The translations under genes were made by a program, and so were the position numbers. Positions 1 to 6,172 of a DNA stretch of 32,000 nucleotides are shown in pieces. The notes below the pieces were generated by a model that worked only from the letters and a program-made list of their open reading frames with translations, made no database searches and was not told the DNA's origin. Every line of letters starts with the position of its first letter. Position 1 is the first letter of the stretch. Source of the DNA: an uncultured Alphaproteobacteria bacterium (GTDB lineage Bacteria; Pseudomonadota; Alphaproteobacteria; Rs-D84; CACZYB01); NCBI GenBank assembly GCA_934246625.1, contig CAKQHZ010000001.1, positions 180,001 to 212,000 on the forward strand, in the 5' to 3' direction.

Positions 1-463
1 CAATGTGTGTAATTAAATCACCTGGTTCAATGCCTGCTTTGAATGCAGGTGTATCGTCAATAGGAGAAATAACCTTGATTGCACCATTATCCATTGTTAC
101 TTCAATACCAAGTCCGCCAAAGGCACCAGAAGTTTGTTCATTCATATCCTTGAAATCATCTTCGTTTAAAAATGATGAGTGAGGGTCAAGTTTTGATAAC
201 ATACCATCAATGGCAGCTTCAATTAACTTTTTGTTGCTTACTTCATCAACATATCTTGCCTTTGTTATTTCAAAAGCCTTTCCAAACATTTCAAGATATT
301 CATAGACATCATCATCTTTGTTTTTTGTATTAGATGTTTTTTCTTTTTCCTTTGCCCCACTTATATTTGAACTTGAAATTTCAAACATAACAATTGAACT
401 TATAAAAAAGAAAAACGCAAGTATTGTAAAAATACGTGTTGTAGATGATTTTTGTTTTGACAT
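1..463 (-). CDS. ctpA: C-terminal processing peptidase (S41, CtpA/Prc type), N-terminal part; the gene runs off the window start
   Basis: Absent from the ORF track because it has no stop inside the window. Hand translation of the minus strand from ATG (complement of 461-463) gives MSKQKSSTTRIFTILAFFFFISS...YEYLEMFGKAFEITKARYVDEV...LIEAAIDGMLSKLDPHSSFLNEDDF...GAFGGLGIEVTMDNGAIKVISPIDDTPAFKAGIEPGDLI. This is a membrane anchor plus the conserved S41 N-terminal region and the start of the PDZ domain. A GGGAG SD lies about 8 nt upstream. It sits directly downstream of an EnvC-like gene. Confidence 0.8.
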   Translation of the reverse strand, partial: MSKQKSSTTRIFTILAFFFFISSIVMFEISSSNISGAKEKEKTSNTKNKDDDVYEYLEMFGKAFEITKARYVDEVSNKKLIEAAIDGMLSKLDPHSSFLNEDDFKDMNEQTSGAFGGLGIEVTMDNGAIKVISPIDDTPAFKAGIEPGDLITHI

Positions 464-524
464 CAATTTGCTCCCTTTTGTTTTTTATTTAGTTTAGTAT
501 ATTTTTAATAAAAGTCAAAAATTT

Positions 525-1676
525 TTACCCCTTAAAATAAACAAGTGGGTTTATTGGAGTTTCTTTATCGCGAAGCTCTATATAAAATTCGGCATTACCC
601 ATTTGTCCTACTGGTTCACCAGCAAGCAAACTTTGACCTTCACTTGCAAATACTTCATTCATACCACCCATAATGATATAGTAATCATCATTGCTGTGTA
701 ATATAAGTAAATTTTTATATCCGTAAAAGGCACCTGCAAACACAACTTCGGCATCGGTTGGTGAAATTACCTGTGCATCATTTCGGGTTTTTATGTAAAG
801 TCCCTTTGATTTAACACCACCAATTTTTTTATCACCAAAGTATGTTTCAATTTTTCCATCAACAGGAAGAGCAACTTTGCCAACGGAAAGTCGTCTTAAA
901 CTTTGTGATTTTTTAAGACCTGCAAGACGTTTTGCCTCCTCCTTTTGCTTACGAAGTCGTTCCGCCTTTTTCAAAAATTCTTCGATTGTTTTTGATTCTG
1001 ATACAAGTTTTTTTATTTCCTTTTGCTTTTGCAAATTTTCGTTTGTTAATTTTTTATATGAAGATTGTTTTGATTTTATAAGGCTTGCAATTTTATCCTT
1101 TTCTCCCTTAACCTTATTATTCAAAGAGTAAATTGAAAGTTTTGCCCTTATAATATCATTTTTCAATTTTACAAGGTCATCTAAATCACGGGAAAATTCT
1201 GCACGAGATTTATTAAGGTTTTCAACAACTGTTTTAAGAAGAATTGAAGTATTAAACATTGTATCAATTTTCGATGGTGATACAACCAAATATCCCTTTG
1301 GTGTAAGAGATATATTTTCAAATATTGCAATTATTTTAACAAGTTCATCGTTATTGTTTTCGATTTTACGATTAAGGCTTCGTTCTTTGTCATAAAGTTT
1401 TACCAAATCCCTATCATATCCATTTAATTTACGTTCATATTTTTTAACATTGTTGGCAATTTCAACCATTTTATTTTGGGTTTGTTTTATTTCAGATTGA
1501 AGTTTTTTTGTTTGCTCCTCAAGAACCTTTGATTCCTTTTTTTTGGCTTCTATCTGTTTATTGATTTTTGCAAGATTTTTAGCAGATTTTTTTTGCGCAA
1601 AAGATGGTGTAATAAACATTACACAACCAAGAAATAATAGGATTATTTTTTTTATATCTTTTTTTAACAAAATCAT
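525..1676 (-). CDS. EnvC-like murein hydrolase activator / M23 peptidase-domain protein with a long coiled coil
   Basis: 383 aa. It has an N-terminal signal or anchor sequence (ILLFLGCVMFITPSFA), about 230 aa of Lys/Glu/Leu-rich heptad-like sequence, and a C-terminal LytM/M23-type domain (GLYIKTRNDAQVISPTDAEVVFAGAFYGYKNLLILHSNDDYYIIMGGM...GEPVGQMG). Confidence 0.85.
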   Translation of the reverse strand: MILLKKDIKKIILLFLGCVMFITPSFAQKKSAKNLAKINKQIEAKKKESKVLEEQTKKLQSEIKQTQNKMVEIANNVKKYERKLNGYDRDLVKLYDKERSLNRKIENNNDELVKIIAIFENISLTPKGYLVVSPSKIDTMFNTSILLKTVVENLNKSRAEFSRDLDDLVKLKNDIIRAKLSIYSLNNKVKGEKDKIASLIKSKQSSYKKLTNENLQKQKEIKKLVSESKTIEEFLKKAERLRKQKEEAKRLAGLKKSQSLRRLSVGKVALPVDGKIETYFGDKKIGGVKSKGLYIKTRNDAQVISPTDAEVVFAGAFYGYKNLLILHSNDDYYIIMGGMNEVFASEGQSLLAGEPVGQMGNAEFYIELRDKETPINPLVYFKG

Positions 1677-1733
1677 TTTATTAACCTTTTGTTTATGTTA
1701 TACTAGAATCAAAAAAAGTGCAAGGGTGAAGTA

Positions 1734-2462
1734 TTGGAATTTAATTTTTTACAAAATCCATCTGTGATAAAATTGTTTGACTTGTTTGAACAAGAAGATT
1801 GTCGATTATATGTTGTTGGTGGAGCTGTTAGAGATGCTTTTTTAGGAATAAAAACTAATGATATTGATTTTGCCACACCTGTGAAACCGGAAAAGGTTTT
1901 GGAAATGCTTCAATCACATAATATTGAAGTTGATTTAAAGGGAATTAAGTTTGGAACAATTTCCGCAAATATTGATGGGGAAAAGTTTGATATAACTACA
2001 TTCAGAAAAGATAATTATGCAAGAGGTTCTCGGTTCCCAGAAATTGTTTGTTCAAAGAAAATTCGTGATGATTTTATAAGACGAGATTTTACAATCAATG
2101 CTATTTACGTTGACCGAATTGGAAGAATCATTGACTTTGGCAATGGGGTTGAAGATTTAAAAAATGGTATTGTAAAGTTTATTATTTCACCACGAAAAAG
2201 TATTTTTTTTGACCCATTAAGAATACTTCGATATTTCAGATTTTGCAGTCTTTATTTTTATAAAAATTTTGATGAAGCAAGTCTTAAGGCTTGCATTGAT
2301 AAATTTTTCCGAATAAAAAAGGCCTTACCAAAAAAGAAAATAAAGTATGAAATGAAAAAAATTCTTGAAGGTGATGGTGCAAAAATAATACTTGATATTT
2401 GGGAAAAAAATAATATTTTACCTGATATGTTAGAATATATGGAAGATGAAAATGACAAATAA
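1734..2462 (+). CDS. Class II tRNA nucleotidyltransferase / poly(A) polymerase family protein, unusually short (head and neck only)
   Basis: 242 aa with a TTG start preceded by AAGGGTGA. Motifs appear in the canonical order: VVGGAVRDAFLG..NDIDFAT (motif A), FIRRDFTINAIY (motif B), GVEDLKNGIVKFI (motif C), FFDPLRILRYFRF (motif D/E region). The ORF overlaps era by 17 nt. Confidence 0.8.
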   Translation: MEFNFLQNPSVIKLFDLFEQEDCRLYVVGGAVRDAFLGIKTNDIDFATPVKPEKVLEMLQSHNIEVDLKGIKFGTISANIDGEKFDITTFRKDNYARGSRFPEIVCSKKIRDDFIRRDFTINAIYVDRIGRIIDFGNGVEDLKNGIVKFIISPRKSIFFDPLRILRYFRFCSLYFYKNFDEASLKACIDKFFRIKKALPKKKIKYEMKKILEGDGAKIILDIWEKNNILPDMLEYMEDENDK

Positions 2463-3357
2463 AAAAACAAAATGTGGTTTTGTTGCCCTTATCGGAGCAA
2501 CTAATAGTGGTAAATCAACTCTTATGAATACAATACTTCTTACAAAAGTATCAATTACTTCACATAAGGTTCAGACAACACGTAATCAAATAAAGGGTAT
2601 CAAAGATGATGGTGATACACAAATGATTTTCATTGATACACCAGGAATTTTTAATCCAAAGGGAAAGTTTGATAAGGCAATGGTTTCTTCCGCATGGAGT
2701 GCAATGAATGATAGCGATGCTGTGATATTTTTACTTGATTCAACAAAGGGCATTACCAAAACTTTTGATAGCATTGTTGCAAAACTTAAAACTATAAATG
2801 CTCCTGTGGCACTCGCACTTAACAAAGTTGATTTAATTGATAAAAAAGATTTATTAAAACTTACATCTCAAATTATGAAAAGTGCACCTAATTTATTTGA
2901 AGAAATTTTTATGATTTCTGCACTTGAAAATGATGGAGTTGATGATTTGATAAAATGGGTAAAGGGCAAAATGCCTGAATCTCCTTGGTTCTTTGATAAA
3001 GATATGACAACAGATTTGCCATTATCTTTGCATTTAGCAGAAATTACACGTGAAAAAATTTACGAATATTTGCATCAGGAACTTCCATATTCTATTGCTG
3101 TAAAAACTGATAGTATCGAAGAAGAAAATAATGCCTTTACAATAAAACAAACTATTTATACAAGCGAAGAAAATCACAAATCAATTATACTTGGTGAAAA
3201 GGGGTCAAAAATAAAATTGATTGGAACAAAAGCCCGTGAAGAAATGGCTGTAATCCTTAATAAAAAAGTCAATTTGTTTTTGTATGTAAAGGTAAAAGAA
3301 AATTGGCGTGATACACCAGAATTTTTTACAGATATAGGTTTGGATTTTAAAAAGTAA
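2446..3357 (+). CDS. era: GTPase Era
   Basis: 303 aa. G1 is GFVALIGATNSGKSTL, G3 is FIDTPG, and G4 is LNKVDL. The C-terminal KH-type region reads ITREKIYEYLHQELPYSIAV...IILGEKGSKIKLIGTKAREEM. Confidence 0.95.
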   Translation: MKMTNKKTKCGFVALIGATNSGKSTLMNTILLTKVSITSHKVQTTRNQIKGIKDDGDTQMIFIDTPGIFNPKGKFDKAMVSSAWSAMNDSDAVIFLLDSTKGITKTFDSIVAKLKTINAPVALALNKVDLIDKKDLLKLTSQIMKSAPNLFEEIFMISALENDGVDDLIKWVKGKMPESPWFFDKDMTTDLPLSLHLAEITREKIYEYLHQELPYSIAVKTDSIEEENNAFTIKQTIYTSEENHKSIILGEKGSKIKLIGTKAREEMAVILNKKVNLFLYVKVKENWRDTPEFFTDIGLDFKK

Positions 3358-3443
3358 TTTATCCTTGCAAAGTTTTTTCCTTATTATATAATAAATTTAG
3401 ATCTTAGCAATAAGATTTGGGATAAAAATAAAAAGGAAGAAAA

Positions 3444-4061
3444 ATGGACAAACTCTCTTATTTTGTATGGGGGGGGGTAATGCTACTATCAATAGGAGCT
3501 CAAGCACGTTCCTATAGCTGTCAACAATGTCCTCCTGGGACATATTCTGGCGTCAACGATAAATCTTGCATACCTTGCCCTTATGGCACATATAACAATG
3601 TGTATGCTCAAGCATCTTGTCGTTCTTGCGAAACAAAAGATTCTCACGCAAAAAATTGTAATAAAGCAACGGGAAAAATAACTGACTGTAAATCTGGATA
3701 CAGACTAAACAGCCTTGGCAATTGTGCAATAATTGCTTCTGTTGGTGGAGGTTGTGCTGGTGGTTGCTCATATACATTGACAATAGATAAAAAAGCTACT
3801 TCAAAAACAAAAACTTATTATGGAGGTTGCTCATCATCTGGCGGTGGATGTTCTCGCTCATCATCTGGCGGTTGTTCTTCAAGCAGTAGAGGGTCTTCTG
3901 GTGGCTGTTCTTCATCATCAAGAAGTTATTCTTCAAGTAGCCGAGGTTCCTCTGGTGGTGGTGGCGGTTGTTCATCAGGAAGCCGTAGCTCTTCAAGTTC
4001 TTCTCGCTCTTCTGGAAGCAGAAGTGGCGGAGGTGGCGGCGGCGGAGGTTGCGGACGATAG
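3444..4061 (+). CDS. Secreted cysteine-rich protein with a Gly/Ser/Cys/Arg low-complexity tail (function unknown)
   Basis: 205 aa with an AAGGAAG SD. A Sec-type signal peptide ends in GAQA|RS. It is followed by CQQCPPGTYSGVNDKSCIPCPYGTYNNVYAQASCRSC plus further spaced Cys residues. From residue 127 onward the sequence is almost only G/S/C/R. A rho-independent terminator follows the gene. Confidence 0.65.
   Translation: MDKLSYFVWGGVMLLSIGAQARSYSCQQCPPGTYSGVNDKSCIPCPYGTYNNVYAQASCRSCETKDSHAKNCNKATGKITDCKSGYRLNSLGNCAIIASVGGGCAGGCSYTLTIDKKATSKTKTYYGGCSSSGGGCSRSSSGGCSSSSRGSSGGCSSSSRSYSSSSRGSSGGGGGCSSGSRSSSSSSRSSGSRSGGGGGGGGCGR
3469..3477 (+). repeat. G9 homopolymer tract inside codons 9-12 (TGG GGG GGG GTA) of the 3444-4061 gene
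   Basis: Counted directly: ...gtatgg gggggggtaa... has nine consecutive G in a window of about 30% G+C. The tract is currently in frame. Confidence 0.9.
3822..4058 (+). repeat. Imperfect coding repeat region: GGCSS(S)-type units and a terminal Gly8 run
   Basis: The protein reads GGCSSSGGGCSRSSSGGCSSSSRGSSGGCSSSSRSYSSSSRGSSGGGGGCSSGSRSSSSSSRSSGSRSGGGGGGGGCGR. Local G+C is about 53% on a hand-counted 60-nt line. Long spurious ORFs in other frames and on the other strand (3796-4065, 3820-4089) are typical of such repeats. Confidence 0.85.
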
Positions 4062-4090
4062 ACACCCTAAAATAGAGACTAATTTATAAA

Positions 4091-4117
4091 AATGCCAATG
4101 TTATGTTGGCATTTTTT
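4091..4117 (+). terminator. Rho-independent terminator of the 3444-4061 gene
   Basis: AATGCCAA-tgttatg-TTGGCATT forms an 8-bp stem, followed by a T-run (TTTTTT). Confidence 0.7.
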
Positions 4118-4122
4118 GTATT

Positions 4123-4152
4123 AAAAAAAGCCCCTTGTTATGGGACCTTTTT
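4123..4152 (-). terminator. Rho-independent terminator of the 4154-5032 gene
   Basis: The minus-strand RNA reads GGTCCC-ataaca-AGGGGC followed by T7. The stem pairs better on the minus strand, where one position becomes a G-U wobble. Confidence 0.55.
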
Positions 4153-4153
4153 A

Positions 4154-5032
4154 TTAAAATTTTAATTGTTTAGAAGCCTCAATTTTTGCATTGTATTCTT
4201 CTATGTTATTCGAAATTTTTGTTTTAAGTCCGATTATAAAAGTTTCTGCTTCCTTCTTTGCTTTGCTTCGTTTATCAATCAAGAAAGTTTCATAATCTTG
4301 ACAGCTTTTTGATATACTATTAGATGAAAGAGTTTTCCAATTATCGCCTATACTTTTCTTTAGTTTTGGACAACCTTCTAACTCTTCATTTTTTGTTGGA
4401 TCCATACAATAGTTTTTGATTTCTTCAAAATTTACATTTTGATTAAGTGTTGTAAATTTATATGAAACTTCCGGTATTCTTTGTGATTGCATACCTGTTG
4501 GAGTAATTGTAATTCCAGCGATTGTAAGCACTTCTGGTAAAACCATATTTACCGCAATTTTTTTAGATGCTACATCATTTGCATTTTGCTTTATAAACTT
4601 ATAATATTCAATAGAGTTTTTTCTTATTTTTGCGGGATTTGAACTTGGTTCCAAATTTGTTTGACCATAATAATATTCACTATATAAATCCTTTACATCA
4701 GAGTCATAAATACATTTAAAAGCTGGATTTGTCATACCTCCATAAATATCGGTCAACATATCGTTATAGTCATCATAATAAACTTCGTTTTGCATAACAA
4801 ATTCATCTGCTTTGCTATCCATACATTCATAAACAAGTTGTTCGCAAACTTCCTTTGTTTTTTCTTCTTCCTCTTCAGTTGAGGTTGTAGTTGTTGAGGT
4901 ATTTATAGGAGCAACTGTGCGGTTCATAACACGCATACCTTTTCTTGAGCTTGCTACTCTTGATGAAGTTTTTGCCTCTGCTTGCATAGATAATGCCAAT
5001 AGTAATGATATAGTCAAAATACTTGATTTCAT
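4154..5032 (-). CDS. Secreted hypothetical protein with an acidic Thr/Glu-rich linker and 8 Cys
   Basis: 292 aa. The signal peptide is MKSSILTISLLLALSMQAEA|K, followed by TSTTTTSTEEEEEK and then a Cys-containing domain (CEQLVYEC...C...C...C...C). I recognise no family. Confidence 0.6.
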   Translation of the reverse strand: MKSSILTISLLLALSMQAEAKTSSRVASSRKGMRVMNRTVAPINTSTTTTSTEEEEEKTKEVCEQLVYECMDSKADEFVMQNEVYYDDYNDMLTDIYGGMTNPAFKCIYDSDVKDLYSEYYYGQTNLEPSSNPAKIRKNSIEYYKFIKQNANDVASKKIAVNMVLPEVLTIAGITITPTGMQSQRIPEVSYKFTTLNQNVNFEEIKNYCMDPTKNEELEGCPKLKKSIGDNWKTLSSNSISKSCQDYETFLIDKRSKAKKEAETFIIGLKTKISNNIEEYNAKIEASKQLKF

Positions 5033-5088
5033 ACGAATTCTCCCTTTCTTATAAATTAACTATAACATAAAATTGGTTTAAATACAAA

Positions 5089-5116
5089 TAAAAAACCCCT
5101 CGATTGAGGGGGCTTT
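5089..5116 (-). terminator. Rho-independent terminator of fabI
   Basis: CCCCTC-gatt-GAGGGG forms a 6-bp GC stem, flanked by an A-run on the plus strand, which is a T-run on the minus strand. Confidence 0.65.
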
Positions 5117-5136
5117 TAATTATTAACGAATAACAA

Positions 5137-5982
5137 TTAGTCCTTGTTTTCAAGTCTGTCTGCATATTCGATAAGAAGTTCACCAGATTCTCTAACATGA
5201 TTGATGTTAACCATACCTTGAGAATGATAACCACAATCAACGTGATGGATTTCACCACTTACACCGCTTGACATATCAGAAAGCAAGTATAATCCAGTTT
5301 TTGAAACATCTTCCATTGTCATATTTCTTCCAAGGAATGAGTTAAATTCGTTCCATTTCATCATAAGTTTGAAATCATCAATACCTGATGAAGCAAGTGT
5401 TTTGATTGGACCTGCTGAAATAGCATTTACACGAATACCCTTGTGTCCCAAATCAGATGCAAGATAACGAACAGATGCATCAAGAGCAGATTTTGCAACA
5501 CCCATAACGTTATAATTTGGAATATATGTTTCACCACCAAGATATGTAAGTGTTACACATGAACCACCTTCGTTCATAATTTTTGAAGCACGACGGCAAA
5601 GATCAGTGAAAGAATATACTGAAATATCCATTGTGTTTTTGAAATTTTCTCTTGTTGTGTTTTCTACATAAAGACCTGAAAGTTCAGCTTTGTTTGAAAA
5701 TGCAACAGCATGGAGCAAGAAATCGATTTTACCGAATTTCTTTTCAACTTCTGCGAAAAATGCGTCCAATGATGCATCATCTTGAACATTTGCAGGCATA
5801 ATAATAGGAGCGTTAATGCTTTCACCAAGTGGGCGAACACGTTTTTCCATAATATCACCCATATAGTTAAGTGCAACTTCAGCCCCAGCATCGTGAACAG
5901 CCTTTGCAATTCCCCATGCCATAGACATATTATTTGCAACTCCAAAAATTATACCTTTTTTACCTTCCATTATACCAGCCAT
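5137..5982 (-). CDS. fabI: Enoyl-ACP reductase (NADH), FabI
   Basis: 281 aa. The N-terminus GKKGIIFGVANNMSMAWGIAK is the FabI-type dinucleotide-binding motif. The SDR body includes YNVMGVAKSALDASVRYLA (the Y-x6-K region) and NAISAGPIKTLA. A GGAGG SD lies 9 nt upstream. Confidence 0.9.
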   Translation of the reverse strand: MAGIMEGKKGIIFGVANNMSMAWGIAKAVHDAGAEVALNYMGDIMEKRVRPLGESINAPIIMPANVQDDASLDAFFAEVEKKFGKIDFLLHAVAFSNKAELSGLYVENTTRENFKNTMDISVYSFTDLCRRASKIMNEGGSCVTLTYLGGETYIPNYNVMGVAKSALDASVRYLASDLGHKGIRVNAISAGPIKTLASSGIDDFKLMMKWNEFNSFLGRNMTMEDVSKTGLYLLSDMSSGVSGEIHHVDCGYHSQGMVNINHVRESGELLIEYADRLENKD

Positions 5983-6136
5983 TTTAAAAAACCTCCGTTG
6001 TAATTATTTGTTAAACTGTATTAATGTATAAATATTTGTCTGTATTTTATTATAGCTATACATTAAAATCAAGATAATTTTAATATTTCTTATTTTGCCA
6101 AAATTTAAAAAATATATAGAAAGACATAAAATTTTG

Positions 6137-6145
6137 TGATATAAT
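6137..6145 (+). promoter_or_regulatory. Candidate extended -10 promoter element (TGaTATAAT) for the 6173 gene
   Basis: TGATATAAT lies 28 nt upstream of the ATG and the -35 is only weak (TAGAAA). In AT-rich DNA such a match can arise by chance. Confidence 0.35.
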
Positions 6146-6172
6146 ACTACCTGAGGAAAAAGGAATAATATT

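Noticed and set aside
877-2825. Short ORFs antisense to or nested in envC-like, cca-like and era (877-1131, 1543-1767, 2258-2470, 2586-2825)
   Set aside because: They lie entirely inside longer ORFs with clear family motifs on the other strand or in another frame. Their low-complexity Phe/Ser/Ile-rich translations are typical of antisense reading of AT-rich genes.
3822-4058. Possibility that the Gly/Ser/Cys-rich tail is a microcin B17 / heterocycloanthracin-type (TOMM) precursor core
   Set aside because: The protein has a Sec signal peptide and a folded Cys-rich domain instead of a leader peptide. No cyclodehydratase (YcaO), dehydrogenase or export genes occur anywhere in the 32 kb. Only the composition is similar.
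3796-4089. Two 89-aa ORFs (3796-4065 on the minus strand, 3820-4089 on the plus strand) overlapping the tail of the 3444-4061 gene
   Set aside because: They are by-products of the GC-rich G/S/C/R codon repeat, which keeps other frames free of AT-rich stop codons. They have no SD or signal features, and the His/Leu/Val-rich translations look like frame-shifted repeats.
5049-5258. 69-aa ORF spanning the fabI 3' end and its terminator
   Set aside because: It overlaps fabI in another frame and runs through the terminator hairpin, with no SD.
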